Source: an uncultured delta proteobacterium
Lineage (GTDB): Bacteria; Desulfobacterota; Binatia; UBA9968
Direction of reading: 5' to 3'
Assembly (NCBI GenBank): GCA_963771465.1
Contig: CAVYTU010000014.1
Location: 800,001-864,000 of the forward strand
Length of the DNA stretch: 64,000 nucleotides
In this document: in pieces, positions 35,980 through 44,888 of the stretch
Layout of the letters: each line of letters opens with the position of its first letter
Numbering within the stretch: position 1 is the first letter of the stretch
Made by a program: the position numbers and the translations under genes
Notes under the pieces: generated by a model
Database searches by the model: none
The model's input: only the letters and a program-made list of their open reading frames with translations
Told to the model about the DNA's origin: nothing

Positions 35980-37044
35980 TTACTGTTGCGTGAGAATTTT
36001 TTTTAAGCGGGCGATGGTCTCCGGCGGTTGTGTCATGACATCTTTGACGATGACTTCCAGCTCCTCGCCGCTGATCGGGTCAAGCTCGAAATTTTTTTTC
36101 TTGGCATCTTCCAGAAAAACCGGGTCCTTGATCATCTTTTGAAACGCTTCGCGCAGCATCTTCACCCGATCCGGCGGCGTCCCGGGGGAAGTGAATATCG
36201 GCCTGCCCAGAGTGCCGTTGGCGAGGATCACGCTTGCCAGGCGCCGACCATCCTCGGGCGTCTTATAACCGTCCATGACCTCATACAGCGTCTGTACATC
36301 GGCCAATCGCGCATCGCGTTTCCGCCCGGTTTGATAGACGTTGCGAACGAAGCCTTTCTTTTTCCACGTAATATAAGGCTCGCGCGCGAAAAACGTTTCG
36401 ATCGTAAAGGTCCGGCACTGTATCTCGCCTCGCTCAATGCCGAGATCGAGCTCCGGCCCGCCCGGGTAACCCAGCACGGAGTGGATCTTGAGGGGCGGCA
36501 TAATTTCTTCGAGCAGCCGCGCCAGCATATAGTCTGTGCCGGAAGTGCCGGTGGTGCCGCAGCGCGGCGGCTCTTTGGCCTTGCGAATATCGTCGATGGA
36601 TTTGAAGGGCGCATCCGCGCGCATGGTCATCTGAGAATCACCCTTGACCGGCGAGCCAATCCAGACAAACTTTCCCCAGTCATATTTGACCTCCGGCCGC
36701 CCCACGAGCTGGTCCAGGTACATGCCTGGTAAGATGGATCCAATGATCGTCAAGCCGTCGGGCTTGGCCACATTGTACATGTAATTGGTGGCAATTTTGT
36801 GGCCGGCTCCAGGCATGTTCTGAATGAGCCCATCCGGATTGCCGGGGATGTGTCTCGGCAAATGGGCGGCAACCGTGCGCGCCCAGACATCATAAAGAGA
36901 ACCTGCGGTGGTTCCGACCACGACTTTGAGGGTCTTTCCCTTATAGAAGGACTCGCTTTGCGCGTGGCCTAGGGAAACCGAAGCAACGTTTAGAGCGACG
37001 AGGACCATGAGAAAATATTCGCCTGCGAGAGTCGATTTTTTCAT
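35980..37044 (-). CDS. TctC/Bug family substrate-binding protein
   Basis: Motifs G...G..YD..AR, QNMPGAG, KPDGLT, GYPGG.E..L..ERGE, PGTP.DRV..LR. Confidence 0.87.
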   Translation of the reverse strand: MKKSTLAGEYFLMVLVALNVASVSLGHAQSESFYKGKTLKVVVGTTAGSLYDVWARTVAAHLPRHIPGNPDGLIQNMPGAGHKIATNYMYNVAKPDGLTIIGSILPGMYLDQLVGRPEVKYDWGKFVWIGSPVKGDSQMTMRADAPFKSIDDIRKAKEPPRCGTTGTSGTDYMLARLLEEIMPPLKIHSVLGYPGGPELDLGIERGEIQCRTFTIETFFAREPYITWKKKGFVRNVYQTGRKRDARLADVQTLYEVMDGYKTPEDGRRLASVILANGTLGRPIFTSPGTPPDRVKMLREAFQKMIKDPVFLEDAKKKNFELDPISGEELEVIVKDVMTQPPETIARLKKILTQQ

Positions 37045-37160
37045 AACACCTCCTGCTCTCAACTAGCAGATTAGGGGTCTAGAATGATAGCGGAGTTGCG
37101 AATGTTCCGGAGGGATCAGTTTTAGTCGCCTATCCCGTCGGTCGGAATCCTGTGGAACGC

Positions 37161-37241
37161 AAGCGCGACGTGAAATACCGCTTCGTCAGATGTCGCTTCG
37201 CTGAAGTAAAAATCGTGAACGTGCTCGATGGAGCTTGCTTT
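37161..37241 (+). repeat. direct repeat copy 2 (orphan duplicate of adh 3' end)
   Basis: aagcgcgacgtgaaataccgcttcgtca..gatgtcgcttcgctgaagtaaaaatcgt...gcttgcttt. Confidence 0.85.
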
Positions 37242-37302
37242 GTCATCGGGGGGAATATCCAATGACCATTGCCGGTGACAGATTCTTTCGGAAAGTTCTC
37301 GC

Positions 37303-38196
37303 TCACGGCGCGTTGGTCGGATCCCAGCAGGTTCGCAGGTTTTCATTGAAGCCATCGAGGAGACGCATATCCTCTGCGCTGATTTCAAAGTCAAAGACAT
37401 CGGCATTTTCGAAGATGCGTGTGCGATTGGCCGATTTGGGAATCACCACCAAGCCACGCTGCAGCGCCCAGCGGATGAGGATTTGCGCTGTTGATTTGGT
37501 TTGCGAATGGGGCAACAGCTTATCGACGAAAGGCAAGCGCGAGCGGGAACGCGCAGTCTGCGCTTCGCCTGTGGAATATTTTTTGGCCACTGCGACGAGT
37601 TTCGGATCTTTTAATCGGTCGCCTTTGGTTAAAGGACTGTAGGCTTCAATGACAATGCCTTTGCTGGCGCAGTAATCCAATAAATCCCGCTGATACAGGT
37701 AGGGATGAAACTCAACCTGGTTGACTGCGGGAACCGTCTTCGTCTGGGCAAGCAGCTCCGTCAAGTGCTTAATGGTAAAATTGCTAACGCCGATCGACCG
37801 CGCCTTGCCCTCCGCCTGGAGCGCTTCGAGCGCGCGCCAGCTCTGGCGCCGTTCCCGCACAGGATAGTGGATCAGGTAAAGATCGACATAATCCATCTTG
37901 AGCTTGCGCAGGCTCGTGTCCAGCGCCCGCTCCGGGTTGCCATGGTCGGAATTCCACAGTTTGGTGGTGACGAAAATGTTCTGCCGGGGAATGCCGCTTT
38001 TTCTAATCGCCGCACCCACATTCTCCTCATTACCGTACATGGCCGCAGTATCGATGAGCCGGTACCCCGCTTCCAATGCAGCAAGCACCGCCGCTTCACA
38101 GGTCGCTCCCGCGCGCACCTGCCACACGCCCAACCCGAGCTGGGGAATTCGCTGACCGTCATTGAGGGTTAATTTCGTCTCGATCGTCAATTTCAT
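37303..38196 (-). CDS. aldo/keto reductase
   Basis: Motifs GLG.W, GYR.IDTA..Y.NE, TTKLW, DLYLIH, IGVSNF, NQVEFHP, IPKS. Confidence 0.95.
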   Translation of the reverse strand: MKLTIETKLTLNDGQRIPQLGLGVWQVRAGATCEAAVLAALEAGYRLIDTAAMYGNEENVGAAIRKSGIPRQNIFVTTKLWNSDHGNPERALDTSLRKLKMDYVDLYLIHYPVRERRQSWRALEALQAEGKARSIGVSNFTIKHLTELLAQTKTVPAVNQVEFHPYLYQRDLLDYCASKGIVIEAYSPLTKGDRLKDPKLVAVAKKYSTGEAQTARSRSRLPFVDKLLPHSQTKSTAQILIRWALQRGLVVIPKSANRTRIFENADVFDFEISAEDMRLLDGFNENLRTCWDPTNAP

Positions 38197-38403
38197 AAAA
38201 AGTCATTGGCTGTTCTTGTTAGACGGCCGTCACGGCATCGGGTTTGGATTGCGACAATGGATCCATTTAACTAGTTGACAGCGCTTTCCCGATTAACCTG
38301 CACAATTCTCGACTGGCCGCAACAAGATTGGTATTTGTATAGACGATGAGATCGCGGCTCTATACAAGACCCGTGAAATATCACACCAAAGGATCGGTTC
38401 ACC

Positions 38404-39810
38404 ATGCTGCTTGTCTTTGTCCATGGCTGGAGTGTAGTCAACACGGATACTTATGCCGGTCTGCCTGCCGCACTCGTCAAGAATGCGTCGGCGAAACTCG
38501 ATCTTCAAGTCACCCATCTCTACCTCGGTAAATACGTGACCTTCGCCGATGAGGTGAAGGTCGATGACATCGCTCGTGGAATGCAGCACGCCATCGCCAC
38601 GGAGGTCGTGCCGAAGCTCGCCAAGGGCGAACGCTTTGCCTGCGTCACGCACTCGACCGGCGCACCAGTGGTGCGTAAGTGGATCGATCTCAACTATCGC
38701 GGGAAACTCGACAAGTGTCCGCTTGGGCACCTGGTTATGCTCGCGCCGGCAAACCATGGGTCGGCGCTGGCGCAGCTTGGCAAGGGCCGCGTCGCGCGAA
38801 TGAAATTCTTTGCCGACGGCGTCGAACCCGGCACGGGCGTGCTCGACTGGTTGGAACTTGGCAGCGACCAAAGTTGGGAGCTCAATCGGGAGTGGCTTGC
38901 TTACGACTGCGTGCCCGCAAGGTTGTATCCCTTTGTCCTCACAGGGCAGACGATAGACCGCGCCTTCTACGACAACCTTAACGCCTACACCGATGAGGCG
39001 GGGTCGGATGGCGTCGTACGGGTCGCAGCGGCAAACTTGAACTACGGCTTGATCCGGCTGGTGCAGACCGACGGCGAACTCGAGCTAAAAAAAGATGATC
39101 GCAGCGTAAAAACCGCCCTCGGTGTCCTGCCCGGGCGCTCTCATTCCGGCACGAACATCGGCATCCTCGCTAGCGTGCGCGCCGACGATGACGGCACGCA
39201 CCCCACGGTTCAGTGGGTTTTGCGCTGCCTGGAGGTGGGCAGTGCCGCGGCTTACAACCGGCTGGTCAAAGAACTGGATGATCTCACCGCAGAGACTCAA
39301 ACGGATGAGCGCAAGCAAAGCGTCAAACAGTTGTTCATCTTTAGGCGGACCTTTGTGACCAATCGCTACTGCATGCTCGTCATCCGGATCGTCGACGACC
39401 GTGGTTACAATCTTTCTGACTACGACGTGCTCTTCACCGCGGGACCGGCCTACGACCCGAACCATTTGCCGCCCGGCTTCTTTGTGGATCGCCAGCGCAA
39501 TCATCTCAACCCCGGAAAGCTGACCTATTATATCGACTACGACGTGATGAACGACTGGCTGAACAAGCCCGAGCTGGCAGGAAAATTTGGCGTGCGGATT
39601 GCCGCGCGCCCGTCCGAGGGTTTCGCCTACTACACCGTCGCCGAACACAAGGGCGCCTTTGCCGCGCTCAAGCGATACTTTGAGCCAAACCAGACGTTGA
39701 TGATCGAAGTCGAACTGCGCCGCCGTGTCGTCGAAGGCGTTTTCCGACTAACGCAAAACCTGACTCCGGAGGATTTCAGCAAGCAGCCGAAAGGGTCCGA
39801 AATCCCGTAA
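38404..39810 (+). CDS. alpha/beta-hydrolase (lipase/phospholipase-like) with C-terminal extension
   Basis: Motifs FVHGWS, THSTG nucleophile elbow, APANHGS.LA, SDGVVR, SHSG. Confidence 0.8.
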   Translation: MLLVFVHGWSVVNTDTYAGLPAALVKNASAKLDLQVTHLYLGKYVTFADEVKVDDIARGMQHAIATEVVPKLAKGERFACVTHSTGAPVVRKWIDLNYRGKLDKCPLGHLVMLAPANHGSALAQLGKGRVARMKFFADGVEPGTGVLDWLELGSDQSWELNREWLAYDCVPARLYPFVLTGQTIDRAFYDNLNAYTDEAGSDGVVRVAAANLNYGLIRLVQTDGELELKKDDRSVKTALGVLPGRSHSGTNIGILASVRADDDGTHPTVQWVLRCLEVGSAAAYNRLVKELDDLTAETQTDERKQSVKQLFIFRRTFVTNRYCMLVIRIVDDRGYNLSDYDVLFTAGPAYDPNHLPPGFFVDRQRNHLNPGKLTYYIDYDVMNDWLNKPELAGKFGVRIAARPSEGFAYYTVAEHKGAFAALKRYFEPNQTLMIEVELRRRVVEGVFRLTQNLTPEDFSKQPKGSEIP

Positions 39811-40153
39811 CCGAACAGTGCGCGCGGCTCAATGTCAGTCTAGATCTCGAATCTCAAAAGCGCTCAATTCGCTTCAACTCTTCTTTGCATTCGTTTAGCA
39901 CGGTATACGAAGCATTGAGGCAACAACACGTTCTTGGTCACCTTACCTGCCCGCATCTTCAGTAGCGTCGGAATACTTATTTCTTCCCGATACGCCCGCA
40001 ATTCTAGTTCTTTAGCCGGCACTGGGACCCCGCCCTAGTAGTCTAGTGTTGGTGCGTCGCAGACGAACTCAACGATGGCTCAAACGACTGTTGACAGAAG
40101 GGCGAGGCAGCATGAAGCATGGGGAGTTAGCTATTCGGAAATCGGGGAATTGA

Positions 40154-40349
40154 GTGCCGCCTAAATAAGGGAACTCATCGCGGATCTTGAGAAGGCTGGT
40201 TTCGTGATCGCGGCGGCAAGGGAAGTCATCGAAATTATGTTCATCCCAAAGTAGCGCGACCAATTACGATTTCCGGAAGACCGGGAGACGACGCCAAGCG
40301 TTATCAGATACGGGCGGTGCAACTAGCAGTCGAGGAGGCGAAGAAATGA
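40154..40349 (+). CDS. hicA: HicA family mRNA interferase toxin (two apparent 1-nt deletions; error or pseudogene)
   Basis: Corrected translation MPPK.RELIADLEKAGF..RGGKGSHRNYVHPK...ITISG..GDDAK.YQ; not in the ORF track; ATGA overlap with hicB. Confidence 0.78.
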
Positions 40350-40586
40350 AGGACAGCGCGAAGTACGCTAAAATTGTTGAGTGGTCCGATGAAGACCAAT
40401 GTTACGTTGGCAGTGCGCCTGGATTGATCCTTGCCGGTTGCGATGGCGATGATGAACAAGTCGTTTTCAGCGAACTTTGTCAGGTGGTCGAAGAAGCGAT
40501 CGATATCTATCATAAAGATGGTAAGCCTCTGCCTGGCGCCAACTTCTGGACGTGACTTCGCTACCAAAATGCGGAACGTTGCGTGA
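40346..40586 (+). CDS. hicB: HicB family antitoxin (indel near 40535)
   Basis: Motifs Y..IVEWS.ED..YVG..P.L..GC.G.D...V..EL...VEE.I......GKPLP; corrected end PTSGRDFATKMRNVA*. Confidence 0.78.
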
Positions 40587-40713
40587 TGTTCTGCGAAATG
40601 ACGTGCTACCAAACGGTTGACGAAAGTTCCTGCACTACTAATGGAGCGCGGTTTTTTGCTCGCCTAGCTATTTTCGCGAACGGAGTCAAATCTCTTTTTG
40701 ATCGCCGATTTTA

Positions 40714-41772
40714 TTAGCTGGCTTCTCCCAGAGCCACGGCCACGTCGTCCTTGCTCACCTCGAACTTTGTGGCAAAGCGGGCGGAGATCTTCTGTATGTC
40801 CTTAACCAGGTCCGGAGCCTGGGAAGGTTGAAAGAATTCAGGAGGGCCGTTCCCCTTGTATAGTCCGGGCACGAAGGAGAGACGTTGGATCTTGCCATCG
40901 TGAATATCGCAGCGCACCAACATGGACAGGAGCACATGGTTGGGGCGCTTCTGGTAGTGCAGGTCGTGAACGAAATTGCCCAGAGAATAAAGTATAGGCT
41001 TGCCCTTGTAGACCTCGATGGCCTGGAGAACGTGAGAATGATGGCCGGCCACCATGTCTGCGCCGGCGTCGATGGCGAAATGGCCCATCTCTGTTTGATA
41101 TTCCACGAGCTCGCCGGTTCCCCCCGTCGTGGGTGACACACCCCAGTGCCAGGAGACAACCACTACGTCGGCTTCTTTTCGCGCTTTGCGAATATCCTCT
41201 TCCAGAGCCGCGCGGTCCGCGCCGCGATCAGGAACAGTGTGGATGATCGGTGGAGAGCCGGGCACATGGTGAACCCGAAGCCGGGGCTCGTAGAAAGTCT
41301 GGACGGAATAGTAGGCGATGCCTCCTCTGGTTTCTGTGGCTGCGGCCGTGATCGGATCGCACACCGAAGCGCGGCAGACGAAAGCGACTTTGGTGCCGTT
41401 GCGCTCGATGATGGCGGGCTTTCGCGCTTCAGCGAAATTGCGGCCGCCGCCGCCGCGCACGATGCCAGCCTTATCCATTACGTCCAGGCAACGCAAAAAT
41501 GGATCTAGGCCGTGCCACGTGCTTGGATTGTTGGCGAGGTTCATGACGTTGAAACCCGCCTTGACGTAGGAGTCGAACATCCACTCATCGGTTCGAGGGT
41601 GGTGATCGGTATCATGGGGCGCGAGATACTTGGCATCAGCCACCACGGTTTCGAGATTGCAGAAGGCGATGTCCACGTCTTTGAGCAGCGGCTGGACCGT
41701 GGCAAAGGCGGAATCGGGATCGGGGCGACCGACGAAGGTATCGCCCACCAAAACCATTTTGACGTCACTCAC
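40714..41772 (-). CDS. CapA/PgsA family metallophosphoesterase-like protein
   Basis: Motifs VGD, NLE, LANN, VVS.HWG, GHHSH, YSLGNF; RBS AAGGAG before GTG. Confidence 0.85.
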   Translation of the reverse strand: MSDVKMVLVGDTFVGRPDPDSAFATVQPLLKDVDIAFCNLETVVADAKYLAPHDTDHHPRTDEWMFDSYVKAGFNVMNLANNPSTWHGLDPFLRCLDVMDKAGIVRGGGGRNFAEARKPAIIERNGTKVAFVCRASVCDPITAAATETRGGIAYYSVQTFYEPRLRVHHVPGSPPIIHTVPDRGADRAALEEDIRKARKEADVVVVSWHWGVSPTTGGTGELVEYQTEMGHFAIDAGADMVAGHHSHVLQAIEVYKGKPILYSLGNFVHDLHYQKRPNHVLLSMLVRCDIHDGKIQRLSFVPGLYKGNGPPEFFQPSQAPDLVKDIQKISARFATKFEVSKDDVAVALGEAS

Positions 41773-42001
41773 GATAAGTCTCCTTCTCAAGAGCTGCGCT
41801 ATCGATTGCTACTTTTGGGCGGAACAATATGCGGTAACAGGCAATGATGTCAAACTAACAAATCGGAATTTGTTATAGCAAAGCACCGAGGGAAGTTTCG
41901 GGTCGGATCAGCAATGGAAATTGCATCAAGGACGCGATTCTGTTCAGCGTTGCAACGCGTGGGTTTCCAACTCGCCTGTCCGTTATTCACCAACTCATGA
42001 T

Positions 42002-43009
42002 TCAATGCATGAGCGCCAACGCCACCGCCACGAACGCGGTGATCAACGCGGTGCCGGCTAGCGCCAGCGCGATGAAAATTGCGGTTCGCCACTGCGACTC
42101 CATCGCACGCGCACTCATAACGGCATTGGCTGTTGCTATCCGGGTATCGGTGAAGAGTGACTGCTGCATTACCGTCTTTGCCGCGAGCACCTCTTCGATG
42201 GCGCATTCGAAGTCCTGCTGCTTGATGCGCTTACCCAAATCCGGTCCCGGCTCGGCGGCGGCTAAGGCGGCGGCTTTGAGCACCGCATTCTTGATATCGC
42301 CACCGCTCAGTGTGTAGCGCTCGGCGAGCCGGCGGAAATCCACGTCGGGCGCTATCGGAGTCTTCTTGGGGTGAATTTGCAACTCCCAGATGCGCGCGCG
42401 TTCTTCCGGTCCCGGGATCTCAAACAGCACATGGGCGCGGATGCGGCGCTCGAAGGCGGGATCGAAGTTCGCTGCCAGATTCGTCGCAAAAATCACGATG
42501 CCATTGAACGCCTCCAACTCGTGCAGGATAACGTTAACCGTCAAATTGCTTTCGCGTTCGTGCGGCAGTCCGGCGCCCGAGGAGCGGCGCATGGCGATGG
42601 CGTCTGCCTCGTCAAATAATAGGACCGCATTTTGTTCAGCCGCCGCGCGAAACGTCGCGACTATATTTTTAGGCGTCTCGCCGAACCACATAGACTCGGC
42701 CTCGGCATAGTTGACCACGAGCAGCTTAAGACCGAGCTCGTAGGCGATCGCCTCGGCGCAGATCGTCTTTCCCGTGCCGGGCTGTCCGGCGAAGTTAAAC
42801 GCCAGCCCCCGTCCCGAAGTATGCCGTTCGCCTAGGCCCCAGCGGTTAAAAATCAAGTGGTGATTGCGTACCTGCGCCAGCGCCTGATCCAAGGTGCGGC
42901 GGGTTTGTGGCGCCAATACCACATCCGCCAACGTACGCGCCGGTGTGACGGCTTCCACGACCCGGCGTGAGCCGAGGCCGGTGAGGAAAGAAATCAGAGG
43001 ACTAGCCAT
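42002..43009 (-). CDS. AAA+ ATPase with C-terminal transmembrane helix
   Basis: Walker A G.PGTGKT, Walker B LLFDEAD, SRH ATN.....D.AF.RR, GGDIKN; hydrophobic tail. Confidence 0.85.
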   Translation of the reverse strand: MASPLISFLTGLGSRRVVEAVTPARTLADVVLAPQTRRTLDQALAQVRNHHLIFNRWGLGERHTSGRGLAFNFAGQPGTGKTICAEAIAYELGLKLLVVNYAEAESMWFGETPKNIVATFRAAAEQNAVLLFDEADAIAMRRSSGAGLPHERESNLTVNVILHELEAFNGIVIFATNLAANFDPAFERRIRAHVLFEIPGPEERARIWELQIHPKKTPIAPDVDFRRLAERYTLSGGDIKNAVLKAAALAAAEPGPDLGKRIKQQDFECAIEEVLAAKTVMQQSLFTDTRIATANAVMSARAMESQWRTAIFIALALAGTALITAFVAVALALMH

Positions 43010-43072
43010 AACTGATTGTGGTCAATTTCTCCCCGTGAATCTAGATCGCCGGGGATAAAAATTCATCCGCTT

Positions 43073-43834
43073 CTACCCAACCTGCTTGGGCCGGTAAAAC
43101 TCAATCGCGTTTTCATAAAAAACATTCGCTGCTTTTTCTTCGCCTAAGGTTTCCAAGACCAGTGTGTAATCGCTATCGAGATACGGCCTCGGCGCGCGAG
43201 TGGACGGCAGGTCGGTGCCGAACATGAGCGCCCGTGGGTTGGCCGCGTAGAGGTCGGTCAGGGCGGAGCGTACATCGAAGTCGACCCGTCCGAACCCAGT
43301 GGCTTTTACCCGCACACCTTTTTCCACGAGTTTGAGCAACGTCGGAAAACCTGCTTTGGACAGGCCAAGGTGGTCGATGCTGACCGCCGGCAACGACACC
43401 AGCGTATCGAAAAGATCGCCAAGCTCGGTGGAGTCGACATACAACTCGGTATGCCAGCCGACCAGTTGATGGACGCGCCGCGCGAAGTTTTCCAGATGCT
43501 GGATTTCTTCCGAGCCGCCGCGCTTGACGTTGAAACGGACGGCGCGAACTCCCGCGTTGTTGAGTTCCCGTAACTCTTGATCCGACACGGTCTGCGGCAC
43601 TTGAGTGACTCCGACAAAGGTCGGGCCGAGCACTTTCAAAGCGTGAAATAGATAGGATTGATCTAACTCCTGGAAAGAGCCGGACACCACGGCGCCGCCG
43701 CAGAGATCGACGGCTTTTACGCGCGCTAGATAATCCTCGCTGGTAAATGCGTCGGGCATGAATCCTTGATTGGGCACGACGGGAAAGTTCTTGTCGATGA
43801 TATGAAAATGGCAATCGAAATATTTTTGCTGCAA
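43073..43834 (-). CDS. amidohydrolase_2 family (2-pyrone-4,6-dicarboxylate lactonase-like)
   Basis: Motifs DCHFH, VRFN, IDHLG, FGTDLP. Confidence 0.85.
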   Translation of the reverse strand: MQQKYFDCHFHIIDKNFPVVPNQGFMPDAFTSEDYLARVKAVDLCGGAVVSGSFQELDQSYLFHALKVLGPTFVGVTQVPQTVSDQELRELNNAGVRAVRFNVKRGGSEEIQHLENFARRVHQLVGWHTELYVDSTELGDLFDTLVSLPAVSIDHLGLSKAGFPTLLKLVEKGVRVKATGFGRVDFDVRSALTDLYAANPRALMFGTDLPSTRAPRPYLDSDYTLVLETLGEEKAANVFYENAIEFYRPKQVG

Positions 43835-43935
43835 CGAAGTTCTCCTCTCAAGATTGTCGAACCGCTATATCGCAATAACGCGGTGCTGGCAAGTATTGTA
43901 CGGCCGCCGCCGTTTCGTCCGTTGATCAGGTTCCA

Positions 43936-44692
43936 TCACCCAGCCCGCAGCTTGAGCAGCGTCGGAATATCCGTTGTTTCCTGATACAGACGCAGCTCTT
44001 TTTCTTTACGCTGCACGGCGAGCATGGCCATGCGGTCGGCGAGTTCGTTGCCTTCGGTGCCGACGTGGGCGGCGACGTGGGTGAGGGTCAGTTTTTTCTC
44101 AATGCGTCGGTAGATCGCGTAACAGTCCTGGATAATTTCCAGGTTCTTGATCTCGCCGCCAGGTTTTTTCCAGCCTTTCTTTTCCCAGCTCGGTGCCCAA
44201 CTGCGAATGCAGTTGATGGAATACGCCGAGTCGCTGCACACCTCGACGGTGTTGCCGGCGTTGATTTCCGCTTCGGCCATGCGCAAGGCGTGATAGAGCG
44301 CGTTCAGTTCGGCGGTGTTGTTGGTTCCCATGGGGTTGTACAGGCCATACCATAACTCCGCGAGTTTGCCGCCTCGATACACCACGATGCCGGAGCCGGC
44401 CTTGCCGGGGTTGGGTTCACAGGCGCCATCGCAATAAATGCTGACATCGAATTGGTGAGCGCTATGCATGGCAGCGCGTTCGCTGTCAGGTTTGCGGACC
44501 TTTTGCATGCCGGGCGTTTTGGCCGGAACGTTTGCGGCCGCCGTGAGCAAATGCCTCCTCTGCTTCCACACGGTTCGGGAAGGACTTGAAACGAGCGCCG
44601 GTATACTTGTCGACGGCACGCTGAGCAGTCGCCCAATCCGTGAATACACCGGTCTGCCGTCCTGACCATACGACGTAAAATTTTTGCGCCAT
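43936..44692 (-). CDS. ribonuclease HI with N-terminal hybrid-binding (viroplasmin-like) domain; frameshift near 44535
   Basis: N-terminal KFYVVW.GR.TGVF..W......V..Y.GARFKSF; RNase H motifs DGAC..NPG, TNN.AEL, DS.Y, H..AH.G..GNE.AD. Confidence 0.88.
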
Positions 44693-44867
44693 GCTGAGTC
44701 GATGTGCCTCCTGGAGAAATTGCTTCTTGCGGGTTTCGCGCGAGGAAATTTTTCACCACAGTTCGCAGAGTTCGGAGTAACGTTTATAAAAACCTTGACT
44801 GCGAGACCTCAGCGCCTCTGCGGTGCAATCTCCGATCAGTTGTTGCTGGCGAAGCTGGTGAAAATAT

Positions 44868-44884
44868 CGCGTCGCCCGGACGCG
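44868..44884 (-). promoter_or_regulatory. putative bacterial SECIS element
   Basis: CGCGUC-CGGGC-GACGCG hairpin; the loop begins 20 nt after the in-frame UGA of selO. Confidence 0.7.
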
Positions 44885-44888
44885 TTAA

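Noticed and set aside
39840-40140. Possible small gene between the hydrolase and hicA
   Set aside because: Only short frames with no recognisable motif or convincing RBS; cannot be supported.
43936-44692. Retroelement or viral origin of the viroplasmin-RNase H gene
   Set aside because: This is a common cellular RNase HI architecture, and no reverse transcriptase or integrase is nearby.
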